DNA from: Tubiluchus corallicola
Lineage: Eukaryota > Animalia > Priapulida
Assembly: GCA_030141605.1 (NCBI GenBank)
Contig: JAQGDQ010000005.1
Coordinates: forward strand, 1,736,180-1,800,179
Length of the DNA: 64,000 nucleotides
Direction: 5' to 3'
The translations under genes were made by a program, and so were the position numbers. Positions 1 through 12,700 of the stretch are shown piece after piece (the stretch's first letter is position 1; each line of letters begins with the position of its first letter). The notes beneath the pieces were generated by a model. It was not told the origin of the DNA. It did no database searches and saw only the letters and a list, made by a program, of their open reading frames with translations.

Positions 1-226
1 ATAAACCCAACATAGTTAAAAAATTTTCAGATTTTGTGAAATAAAATAATTTGCTTTTTGTCACTATTATATCAGCTAAAGGCACTGTTATGAATACTTA
101 GTTGTTAGACATTTTATTTTCCCTATTGGTATTAACATAATGCTTTAGATACAAGTTGTCAAAATCAAACTTAGATAAAGATACGTTGAAGAATCTTAAG
201 CTTACTGATTATTGTGAATATTGTAG

Positions 227-487
227 CACACAGCTGCTGGTGGAGAGGGCGGTGGCCAATCATTGTCTAGTCCTGGTAGCTGTATGGAAGATTTCCGCGC
301 TACTCCATTCATTGAGTGCAATGGTGCTCGTGGTTCTTGCCATTATTTTGCAAATAAACTCAGCTTCTGGTTAACAACAATAGATGAGGCACAACAGTTT
401 ACAGTACCAACGAGTCAAACATTGAAAGCAGGTTCATTACGAACGCGGGTCAGTCGATGTCAGGTTTGTATGAAACAAGTGGGGTGA
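227..487 (+). CDS. COL4A2: Type IV collagen alpha2-like chain, terminal coding exon (C-terminal part of NC1 domain); rest of gene lies upstream of the window
   Basis: Acceptor ttgtag at 221-226, then [52 protein letters not shown]...[21 protein letters not shown]. This is the NC1 motif set; ECNGxRG and HYFANK are typical of the alpha2-like class. Confidence 0.93.
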   Translation, partial: HTAAGGEGGGQSLSSPGSCMEDFRATPFIECNGARGSCHYFANKLSFWLTTIDEAQQFTVPTSQTLKAGSLRTRVSRCQVCMKQVG

Positions 488-3400
488 GATGTAGGAATTG
501 TAATATATTAGCTTTTGTGTCAGCCAAAGATCATTTTTGTCACCATAAATTTTTTATACAAAGGCAGAAATATGTATGATAATTACATAGCTATGCATGC
601 AAATATTACAAAAGATTAATGAATTCACTGGTGCTATGTTTACCGTAAATCGTAATCTATTGATTTTTACATAAATACTCTTTTAGTTTGATGTTGATGT
701 ATTTCACTAAGCTGAATATATCATTTGTCCCATTGTACTATATCATATATTTAGGATATTGCTTGTTAAATATTGTATTGAATTTAATATTTCAGTCACG
801 TGTTATTAGCTAGTCAAATGATTTTAGCAACAGAATTAGTGCCAATGTGTTCGAGTCTGTTATTATGTGTTTTGTTATATTAAAACACAAGTTGTTGGTC
901 TGTATCACTGCCAAACTTATTTTGCCTCATCTCTTTTAGTACTGTACTAAAAAAGTACTAAACTCTTTACCGTACTTTACAAAAATCAGCAGTTTTTTTT
1001 TAATTTTTAACCTTTGGCAAGTGTTTTTATGTCTTTTTTGTTTTTTAACACTTTGGGGAGCTTAGTAATGCCTTAAAACAATCAATCATGACGTCTATAA
1101 AGAAAATTTTACAGTAAATTGAAATTAATACCTGTGATTGTAAGGTGTGGAATATCGCATTTTAAGATACCTGCATTTATGTGTATTTTAATTGTGACAT
1201 TATCTATAAGAGATGCTCAAAAATGAAGTAATTGGTTCCAGAACTCCGTGATGCTAGAAGTCATTTCTGTTGAATTAGTCCTGGCCAGATTTCCATACTA
1301 TGCTTGTTTTCCTAGTAGTTCATGAATGGAATGATAATGTCTGTGCAATAACTGGGTTTAACTTTGTGACTTTTAGAGCAAATAAACTGACAAACTTTAG
1401 TGTATTAGAATACTTTGATAAACTTACGAAGAAATTCTTGCTGTACCTCCGTCCCCCCGGAAGTCTGCACTTTTCTGGACAATGCTATTACAGTGTTCAG
1501 AAACGTGCGGATTTCTCATTGGGAAAGCTTCATTAATCTTTGCATGCATCTATTGTGATGTACATTTTTTGCTGGAAATCATCTTGGTCTCATGCTAACC
1601 ATAGAATAAACAGAAAGCAACTTTGCCAAATTAGCAAAACCCTGATTATATGTATATACAAGTGAAATCTGGGCGTAAGTGCATTTAGACTATGTGTGAG
1701 CATCATCCAACACAACTGCATTTACTTTGAATAATTTTACAGCAAAATGTCAAGAATTTAGTGGGGCAGTTACAGAGTTGCCTTTCCTTCATAGCTTTGA
1801 TTTGTCAAAGTCTAAATGAAACAAGTGCATCTCAAAATCTAATTATGATATCAGTACTGTTGTTATTAATAAATAGGTACAGAATATTGTAATTGTGGAT
1901 AAATAAATTGCTGCCTCACGTGATGTTAACTGTTATTTGCAGTTTCATTATATTATCTGTCATAATGTAAAACTAATCAGAACGCAAAGTATTGGGGTAC
2001 TCGCTTGCTCGCAATGGAAATAAAGAGAACTGTGACAATAAGTTATAATAATAACCAGTAGTGGCATATTTTATGGTTGTGCCAAATTTCAGCTTCTTAG
2101 CAACTTTACAAGTACAGCCACGGCCCTTTTTCAAAAATAACCAAAATTACTTTGGAATCATGTGCAACCAAGAAAGATATTACATCACAGCGAAATAGTA
2201 GGAGTTATTTTGTAAGCGAGTAACCAAGAACATGTATAATAGGCCAAACAATGCAAAAAATTAGTAACTGAAATTTAGAGCACAAATTTCTGCTTTGTTT
2301 CATACACAGGAGAATACGACCTTATCACCACATATTATAAGATTGCATTCAATTTCTATTTTAATTAATTAGTATAAAAATCACAAGGCTACGTATTACA
2401 ATTAACTGATATCTCACATAAAACTAAAATTTTTGTTTCAATATTTGGCACTGTCATTAAGTAACTTCTAGAAATTATTCTTTTCAGTCGTTTCCACTGC
2501 CAGATCACTTCCCGGGATCAATAGTCTAGTTTACACACATAATGAATGTCAAACAGAGTGATTTTATTTTACCACAAAATATTGAATATCCTGCATAATC
2601 AAAAATTAATTCATGATTTTATATAACAAAACAAGAATAATTATACATGTGTGATAATATACAAGCTTGCCAACAAAAATAATGCTATAAATAAAGAAAT
2701 CAAACGAATTAACCTCATTACTGTATTTATGTGGCCTGCTCAAGGCATTTGGTTTGCCATTTTTGTGCTGCTAAATTTAAAATTTGCTGTTACAAAATAC
2801 CATAATAATGTGCAAGTTTGAATACCCAGTATCTTATTATATGTAGCCAAAAACTATGTCATCCAAAAACATCATTTTATATACAGTACATGTAAAGTAG
2901 ACTAAATTTTTCACGTCAAATTGTGTACTCATAAATAGGTCTCTAACAAGAAAAAATTCACAACCTCAGTAGTTAAAGAAAAACAGGACTTGGAATAAAT
3001 CTCACATTAGGTTGCATATCTGGAAAATAAGTAGATCACAGTCGAGGTAATACTGAAAATAACGTGTAAGTTGGATGTTTGTACATAGCAGTATTTGCAA
3101 ACTTACAATAATAAAAAGAAACGAAGCAAAAAAATCCAAGAAAATCTACGAGTTTTCTTTTTTGGAATTCAGTGAAGAAAACCCCACAATCAAGAGTTAC
3201 TGTTGAATTTTGTACGCTTATAAAAATAACAATGACTAAACATTTGGATATGTCAATATTCTTTCATGATACAGCAATTAATTTTACCTCACTATCCACA
3301 TCTGCTATTAAAATTACACAGACACCTATTGTTAAATTACCAACATTCGACTTTAGCCATTTTAACAATAAACACAATTTCTTAATCAACACAGTATGTT

Positions 3401-3783
3401 AAGCAGTGAGTTCAAACAAAACTATAGACACAAACAAATAACTAGAATCGTGAAATGCATGCAAAATATTAATAACAGCACAGATGGATAATTATTATAT
3501 GAAAACACTGACTTAGTATAAAACACGGCATAAGTTTGCTTGTATAGTTATATGTTATGTTGTATAGTTATAGTTATAGTTGTATAGTTGGATAGAAATT
3601 TTTCTTATTAGGCACACAATACAATGAGGGTCATCAAAATGAAATAACTGGTGAATACTATATTACTGCCCAAAAACACAATTTCACGACAAACAGTAAA
3701 AATAACATACAAAAGTGCGATCTAATAAATTATCTTTTACAAAAATTTGGCTTTTAATAGTAAATACATTTCTAACCACTTTG

Positions 3784-6700
3784 CTAGAATCCCAGTGGAT
3801 GGCGCTGCACCAGATCAGTGTTGGCTATAATATCTTGTGATATTTGTGTCATTTTATTGAAATTTTTCATCTGGTTTGCTGAGCGAAGAGAGGTCAAATT
3901 CTGTATGATCCTTTCTGATGCCTAAATGTTAAAAAAGTCATGCAAAATTAGTTTCATCAAATTGCAAAAAGCTAGCATGCAACAAAACTACCAAAGATCA
4001 CACTTTATGGGGAACTGATACTTCTAATAAATCCTGAGCTCTGCTATTGGTTAAGCCAATTCACAGGAAGTATGGACAAGTGACCCGCACTTAGATCACT
4101 GTTTTAACAGTACAGATCTGCTTAGATACTGCAAGTAACTAGCTCCCCAATTCTCAAAAAATTAAGTTAACAATACTGATTAACAACAAAGTCAGTTTTA
4201 ATAATGTAATTTTAAAGAACACTTGTTTACAGATGGCACACTTACAGCTTAGAGACATTCTGCATTTTATGCATTATATCTGTTGCACAAATAAATGCTT
4301 TAGCATGATACCACACAATCTAAACTAAGCAGCGCCAACAAAATTTAGCAACTATGGTTGCTGTAGGAAAGTACAATAATGCTATTGCTTTCATACTTTA
4401 CTCGCACTGGTTACGGATTAGAATTAGATGTATATATAAAGTGTTAGTTCTCATATACAAAATTTTACACACTTTTTTCTGCCTATTTGTTTGTTACATA
4501 AATACAAGTATTGCAGGGATACATGGGCAAGCAGATCTTCCCATAATGAACTTTAGATACCTTTAAAGACTCTTGGAGACCTTGGATTTTCTTCTATTGC
4601 ACCAAAATACTAGAATTTTTTGCCTCAGAACCTTAGAACTGTTTTACTGTGCAACTATTTAAAAAATGTTTGAAGATACAGCTCTTTAAAAATTATTATG
4701 ATCAATTCCAAGTGTTGCAGACTTCAATAACAACCTATTTTTTACTATAATCTCCTTCCTGTAGGTGATTAATTTTACATCTTTGTGCAAAATTTTTAAA
4801 TAATTTTATTAGATCATATCTTCCTACTTGCACATATGTAACTATGATGTTTTACTGTACAGCACCTCTTAAAGAACTTTACTTGAAAGTGCACTCTATA
4901 AAACAGATTATATTATATATTTTACTCACCTCGCTACAGAAGACACTACATATATTAGCTTCATGTTGTGCCGATGCATCATTGCGCTGCAGAGAACGAG
5001 AGGCACGTGACAAAACAACCACCATTGCATAGATGTCAATTGCTGCATTTGCTAGTCGATGTAGCAAAAACTGCTCACCTGAAAATGTACAAATTGCAAG
5101 GGACGTTGTTATTGCTCAAAGTATGATACCTGACATTTATTACAACTATTTAATTATTGCACTAAAGCTCGAACACATTTGGTCCCAAATTGGAACTATA
5201 TTTTGAGTCTACATGCTGTTGAAACATCTGAGTCTGTTCCATCTTAGTTAAAAATAAATGGAATTTCTTTCAAATTTTACTGCTCGAGTATGAGTATCCT
5301 GATCACCCTGATTACTTTAGTATTGACCTCAGACAAAAGTGACTAACATACGGGTCAGTTAAATTGACTAATTTAAAATGAGTTTAAAAGTAGTTTAAAA
5401 GTGGTCCTATAAATGAACTGCATACTGTGTAAAAATGATGATCACTTACCAACAATGTTCTTCCCGTATTTTATTAGTAAATTTTCTACAGCAACACCAA
5501 ATTCCTCGATGGACGAAGATGTCTGAAAATGACAGCAGCTGTAATTATTAGCTAATGCTAATGTATTTAAAAAGTATTTAATGTATGTAAAAAACATTGA
5601 CTAACGTGTCACGCTACTGTAAAGAAATTTAATTCTCTGATAATTTCTTTACTCTACTCTCTGTTCTCATTTAATGTAAGATGGAGCCATTAGGCCAAAC
5701 AGAAAATATGTTTGGTTGGGGTAACATCAAAAAGTCAAACAGGTTGGTAGGTAGGTTTTTGTAAACTGTAACTAACATTATGTGTGCTAACTAGTATAGA
5801 AATGTTGTACAGAAAATGTGAATAAAAATGTAATAAAATGCAATTTTTTTAACTTTTTTCTTTATTAAATTGTCTCAAGCATGTGTAAGTCATACCTTGA
5901 GCTTTACAATGGGCACACTTAAATGTTTTTTTTCAATTGTGAACAGTTCTGCTTTCAAGTAACCACAATTGAAATAGACATCATTTATGCACACAAGGGC
6001 AATATAATATGATGTTTCCACTAGTAATGTTCAGTTTCACTAATGCTTTCTCATGTAGGCTATGATTTGGTGGGCCAATAGTGGATTATAATCATTTTCA
6101 AAAATAAGTGTGGCAATAGAGGTCTAAAACATCCTTGCCGTTTTTGTCTTTACCGTAAAACTTGTTAGTAACATCACGCTCACCTACCTTGCCTAGAAGT
6201 TCAGCAAAAGGCTTATAAGGTTTTCTTGTGGCATTTGAGACAGGTGATTTTTTCTCTGAGATACTGCTGACCACTTTTGACCAGCACTTTTCATTTCCAC
6301 ATGTGAAACATGTTTCCTCCCAGCAGTTTTTCACAAAAAGTTCTACATAGTATTTATTTTTTTGCATGCTCATTGTTCTCTTATTTTTAGCTTTTTATTT
6401 GCAGCATTTCCCAGAGTATCCATGTTTGGACATTTCTACACTTTTTGCTGAGTCTATTCCTCTTCATAGATTTGCCTTTCTAAAGCACCGTTCTGTAGGC
6501 CAATATAGAACATAGACATTACTCCCTCAGCTGGAGAACTCCAGCAGTGACCTAGAGTACTTCTTACAGTAACTGATAAAGATAAAATTCTTTGAAGAGG
6601 AATATCATGGTAATTTCACACTCTCTAGTATGTTCCAATGGTTATTTCCACCATCAGAATATTTCAAGAAGATTTCAAATTTCTTTGGCCCTTGCTGCTG

Positions 6701-9700
6701 CATCTTAGGTGTAACTGAAATTATCTGTGCATTTGATTGAACTTGCTTACAAATTCTACATTTCTGTCATTTATGCTGCTAGTAAAAAATATGCTAAGTG
6801 TAAAAAATAAAAGGATTGCAAATAGAACTAATTCCTGTCATAAAGTCAGCAACACAGAGTTGAACAGCTGGTGTCTAGTTTGCTCGTCATATGTTGGCCG
6901 GGGTCACACTATACATTTCGTTCTTTCTGTATTTTTTTATTTTTCCGAAAACAATTTTCTCATGCTGTGATGCCAATAAAATTTTTACACTTGGTGGTAA
7001 AAAATACGGTCAGCAGGTTATCCTAACTAAACAATACTTTTTAGGCCTTACCAAGAAGTAACAGCCAACTGGCATGACTCATACTGGAAAGTAACAATGA
7101 AAATTAAACTCACCAATCCCGCACTGTCTTGTAAAGAACTATGTACATGTGACAACAATGATGGAGGATTTCGCACACCCACCATTCGTAAGGCTTTTTT
7201 AGTTCCTTCACCCACCAAAAGGCTGACGTTGGATGCCGGTTTTGACAATGCTTGCTGTAATTCTTTTAAGCTTGTTCCAGCATACTAAAAGTAGTAAAAT
7301 GAACAATGTCAAATAAATTTTGCATAACAAACTTTAAAACAGGTTGGTAAAAAAATTGTTAGAGGTTAATTATAGCTATTCCATAATTACAGTGTAAATT
7401 ATGGCAGCAAACTTGCTAATGCAAAAAAGTTTGAGAATGTCAACAAGCTCTAACCTGAATACCAGTTAATGCAATAAACAATCTGAGAATATCATTAGTT
7501 CCTTCGAAAATTCGAAATATTCTCAGATCTCGCATTATTCTCTCCAACCCAGTGGCTCTCATGTATCCCATCCCTAGAAATGACAGTAAAAAGTCTAAGA
7601 TATGATTTTTGTATTTGATGTTGTATAAGTCACAGTAATAAGAATTACCTCAGATACAAGATAAAAGTAAAATGGTAAACTACCTCCACATATCTGAATG
7701 GCTTCATCACAGACAAACCACGCAGCCTCAGAACCATAGATCTTTGATATAGCTGCTTCTATTTGGTATTCAGTGTCTCCCTAAAAGATATCAGTTTATC
7801 ACTGTGAATACAAACTTCAAAAGAAACAGCATAAACATTCCCTTAACGAATTTAAGCTTAATGATCAATATTAAGCAACATCAGAAATGTGAGCAAACGA
7901 AGGAATTACTTTCTGGCAGCTTTATCAGCAACACTGTGTTTCTTTGCATCTCACTGGGAGAGAATGTATATACATGAATGCGGCTAAGATACCTTTGCTC
8001 ACTTAGTATCTCATATGAAATGATTATCGATGATAATGAGTAGATTCCAGTACTGCCATAAACCTTCAAGTACAGCAGTAAGCCTAGCCACTGACTGGTT
8101 GAATTTAACAAATTGTAAAAAATTGAGGCATGAGAATGGATTTGCAGTTGGGCAGTAACTTATCCAAATGCAAAAACAAATGCAAATCCATTTGTGTTTG
8201 CTCACACATTAATAATTATTTATCGTGAATTGTGAAGTACAGGTTTCCACAACAACGGCTATTCGTTACTATACAATTGAAAACAGATTTTTTACAAATG
8301 ATCTACTTACATTGCTTGTTGGTGATTGTGCCATTTTGCAGGTGTTTATTAGGTTCTTATGCATCACATAAGAAATAATGAAAACAAACAAAAAGAGTTT
8401 TATCTACAGGCAATATAATTTAGAAAATGCTATGATTTATTTTTACCTGGTCCATATTAGCAGAAATCATGTAAGCCATAGATTCAGTGACATACTGAGC
8501 CATTACCATGCGTGCCAGTTTCTCTTGTATTACACCATACTCGTGAATCTTTTTTCCAAATTGATTTCTTTGAGCAGCAAATTCGATCTAAATTTTAAAA
8601 GTAATCTATAATCAAAAATCAGTTACAAGTTATATACGTTAGCACAAGCACAAATTTCAATTTAAAAATAATTTATTTTCTAATATATTTCATTTTAAAT
8701 CATTTTTCAGATATCATAAAGTGAGTTTTAGCATAATAATAAACTGTTTGTTGTGTCTAATTAAGCTGAAACATTTACGACTAATGCTATATTGAAATAC
8801 ACATAAAGCATCATATAGTAGAGTGTCAATTTAAGACAGAGCATCATTGTGACAACGAATTTGGGGATCAGGTTGTTTTTTTCATCGCAAAATCAAAATT
8901 TTCACGAATTAATTACATTTGAAGTCGAATACAACTGAACATAATGAGAAGCTCACATTGTAAAAATTACACATCTGCCAGGGACTTCCAAATGCCTAGA
9001 CTGTCCTGGAAAAATAGTTAGTTTTTTGTTTTTTCAGTTAGACTAAGATGCAAATAATTATAATGACGTCATCTTATTACTGACGAGCACTCTCTCGATT
9101 ACTTTTCCAAACTTTCTGGGCACATTATTATGATGTCACAGGAAATTTTTCTGTAAAAGCCTATACTTGGTCAATAAAAATTGTTTATTTCTTTCTCATT
9201 CAATTGTCACCAACATCTAAACCATTCTTCATTCTTTCGTAGCCGATCCTTCATCAAAATCCATCTGAAATCCAACTACAACTTCTTGAGATATATTGTG
9301 GACTTTGATTTATTCAGGTTTTTTCCCATAGAAAGTATAGCTAACTGACACTAAATATTGATTTTTTTCACTACTCGTTAATCAATTATCTGGAAAATTC
9401 CGCTAAGCCTTCTTCGCCAAGACACACATCAGCTATTTCCATTGTGCAAGTTTATTGAAATACCTTCATTTTTTTAAATATCTAATGGACATAAGTACAA
9501 ATAAACAAGCTAACAGAACACAATGAACACATTAATACATTGACTATTTTCTACTCACAGCTTTCTTGATTGTTTGGCGCATTGTTCCAGACAGTGCAGC
9601 AGCCATTCCAAACCTTCCATTGTTAAGAATATTCATTGCTACTTTGAAGCCGCTGCCCACTCCTCCAAGAACATTCTCTATGGGAATGTGGACATCATCA

Positions 9701-12700
9701 AAATGAATCTCAGCAGTGTTAGATGCCTTGATGCCCATTTTCTTTTCTGGAGGACCACTGCAATAAATGAAAACCAAGGTTTAAAAAATAATAAAAACAG
9801 TGATAAAAAGTAACAATATTTAAAATTCAAACTAACAAAGATAAAGAAAAAATAAAACAATAAGACAAACATAAAATACAAAAGTAGTGTATTCAATAAA
9901 AATAAAAAATAATGATAAAATAATCACATTATTATATAACTTATATATAAGTTCTCTGTTTTTCACAACATACCTGCTCACTCCCTTGAAAGCTCTCTCA
10001 ACAATAAATGCTGTAATCTTATCCTTGTCTATGCCATTTTTGTCTTTAACAGTTGTCTGTATTCAAATAAAAACAATAATTCATCACACAGAGTCATATG
10101 AAATACATGTACAAAATCTGACATTTTACACAACAGTTTTTGCCACGTATCATGATACTGACAGTTGGTGCAATTCTGGAGGAGATGGACTTAGGAGTAA
10201 TTCACTTATGAGTAAAGTTGATCCCAATTTTATTCTTGAATAAAGTACATTGTGGAGAGTATTAATATAACTTGTAAAATCATGATTAGCTTAAGCCTAC
10301 ATGTAGATGCAAAATTTTTGGACTTGAAAAATGATTCAGAATACCAAAGAAATTTAAATAGAATTTGAGCAATGATGATAATGTGTAAAATTTAGGCCAG
10401 GTGGCAATACAAAACGTTAGAACGTGAAAAATGATTAAAATGCCAGCATCAATGTACAAAATAACAAAACAGTGGCAATACAAAACCAAGGTTATAAAAT
10501 AAATGCAACATTATTATAAAGTAAAAAAGGGCTAAGAATGAGAATTGTCCAAAAGTAAAATTATGAAGACATGTAGGTGACACAAATGTGTGAGAATAAA
10601 AATAATGAATTTAAAACATTAGAATAAAGATACACATTTTTAGAGACAAGAAAAGCCTTCACTAACAGAAAGCAAAAGAAAATCGTATTGAAATTTTATC
10701 ACCTACATACTGCCATATTGCACACAAAGCTTGTATTAATAGTAATGTTGTGTGAAACTTGTAAATCTAAATTTCCATGACGACTGTTAGGCACAGTCAT
10801 TTTCACGGTAGGTCATTTGAAACAAGTTTAGAAACAACATTGTAAGCTCGAAAAAGTAATAAGAGCATTTGTAGCACACACTTTATTCTGTCAATAAGAA
10901 TAATAATAAGTTTTTTGGTGAGTCAATGGTAAGGTAAGTCAGTGACGTTTTAACAGTTGGTGTGAACATGTTAATATACATACTAAAAATTTTGTAATCT
11001 AGTTGCATAAGCCTTTTAAGCAGGTAAGCGTAATGCAAAAAATTGCCTTTTCTTCCCCTTTAAAAAACATGACAGCACTAATGCACCAATAATAAACATG
11101 CAATATTTTGAAAGACGTACAAAACTATGAATAATTTGATTGGCAGAATAATAAAGACACAAATGTAAGCTTCATGAAATAACAACTGAACCTTGAAAAA
11201 TGATGTATGAACCTTGAAAAATGACATATTTACAAGTACAGAATGATAAAATATATAGAAAATCGGTATCAGTACAAGTGAAGGACTGATAAAAATGTAT
11301 GTACAAGCATGATGAAAGTACAAGCATAGATGATGGAAATGTAAGAGCAAGAATGATTTTTTTTCAGATTCCAACTGGAACAAGAACTACGGTGTGAGCA
11401 TGGCACAATGTGTACAGTATACTCTCACTGGTAAGCCAGAATCAATGACTGGGCCTACTAAGAGTGTTTGATGATTGCAGCAAGACTGATTCTAGCTGTT
11501 GCTAAAGACAATCATCAAAGATTAGACAAAATGTCCACAATATATATTTCACAAATAGCAAAAACTGCAAGTACAGAATATAGGCGCATGTTTCTGAGTG
11601 AGTGTATCACATTTTACTGGTAGCAATAAACATATGACAGGGCTACAAAGCCTTTGCATTACAGAAAAAATGATATAACGTATGTTCAAAACTCAAGCCA
11701 TTATTATTCTGCAATGGAAAAGCAAATGGACATTAACAAATTGCAATAAAAATCTGCAAAGAAAAATTCACAAGAAACTAATTTGAACCTGTGCGAATAC
11801 TGTGAAGACTTCTGCTATGCCACCATTACTTATCCATATTTTACCACCATTCAGCACATAATGTTTTCCATCTTTTGAAAGAACTGCTCTCGTTTTGATA
11901 GACTAGAAAGAAAAAAAGAAAAAAATTAAAGTGCTAAAAAGATTTCTTTCTACCAGTTCAAAAATAGTTCAAACCTTATTCTGAACTGCGATATTTTCAC
12001 CTTTTCTACAAACACTAACACTTTAAAACAGCATAATTTATATTTACTTTGTGGAATTTAGCAAGAAACAGTGTTCTATTAAGTTCATAAACAAAGGTCT
12101 TGCTGACTGCATTTGGGAATAAATATTTGCAAAGGAGCATTTTAGACAATACTAACATAAAAAATTTAGTAAGATTAGTATTGGACTAAATTTGACTTGG
12201 CAGTGGGGCAATCTCTAGAACAGCCTTATGGTATGCGTCTACTGAGTCCTGTCAACCATTTAACTAGCTTGAATAACTGTAATTACTGACTAATTTATAA
12301 AATTATTTATCTAAGTATATTTGCTTAATTAATAATGAACTAATAAAAATAAATTCCACATATCTCACGAATACTATATCTGAATTGGAACACTACGATT
12401 ATACTACAATGAACTTTTATTTTCAGCACTTTTGTAACAAAAATACGCAAAGAGCACTTAAGTAACGCACTGTACTAAGGCAGTAAACAGAGGAGCACCC
12501 TGCCAAAAAATGAAACTGTAGTGGCCGCTACATAATTTTTCCTTTGCACTCCAGATCAGTGGGCTTCTCACACCTTCAAATCAAATCAAATCAATTTAAT
12601 TCACCCCAGCAAAACATAAATTATACAAATGATCAAACAAGATGTTTGGATTTACACAGGAGTCGATCCTAACCTGGAAGCAGGGTGAGCGGAGGACACC

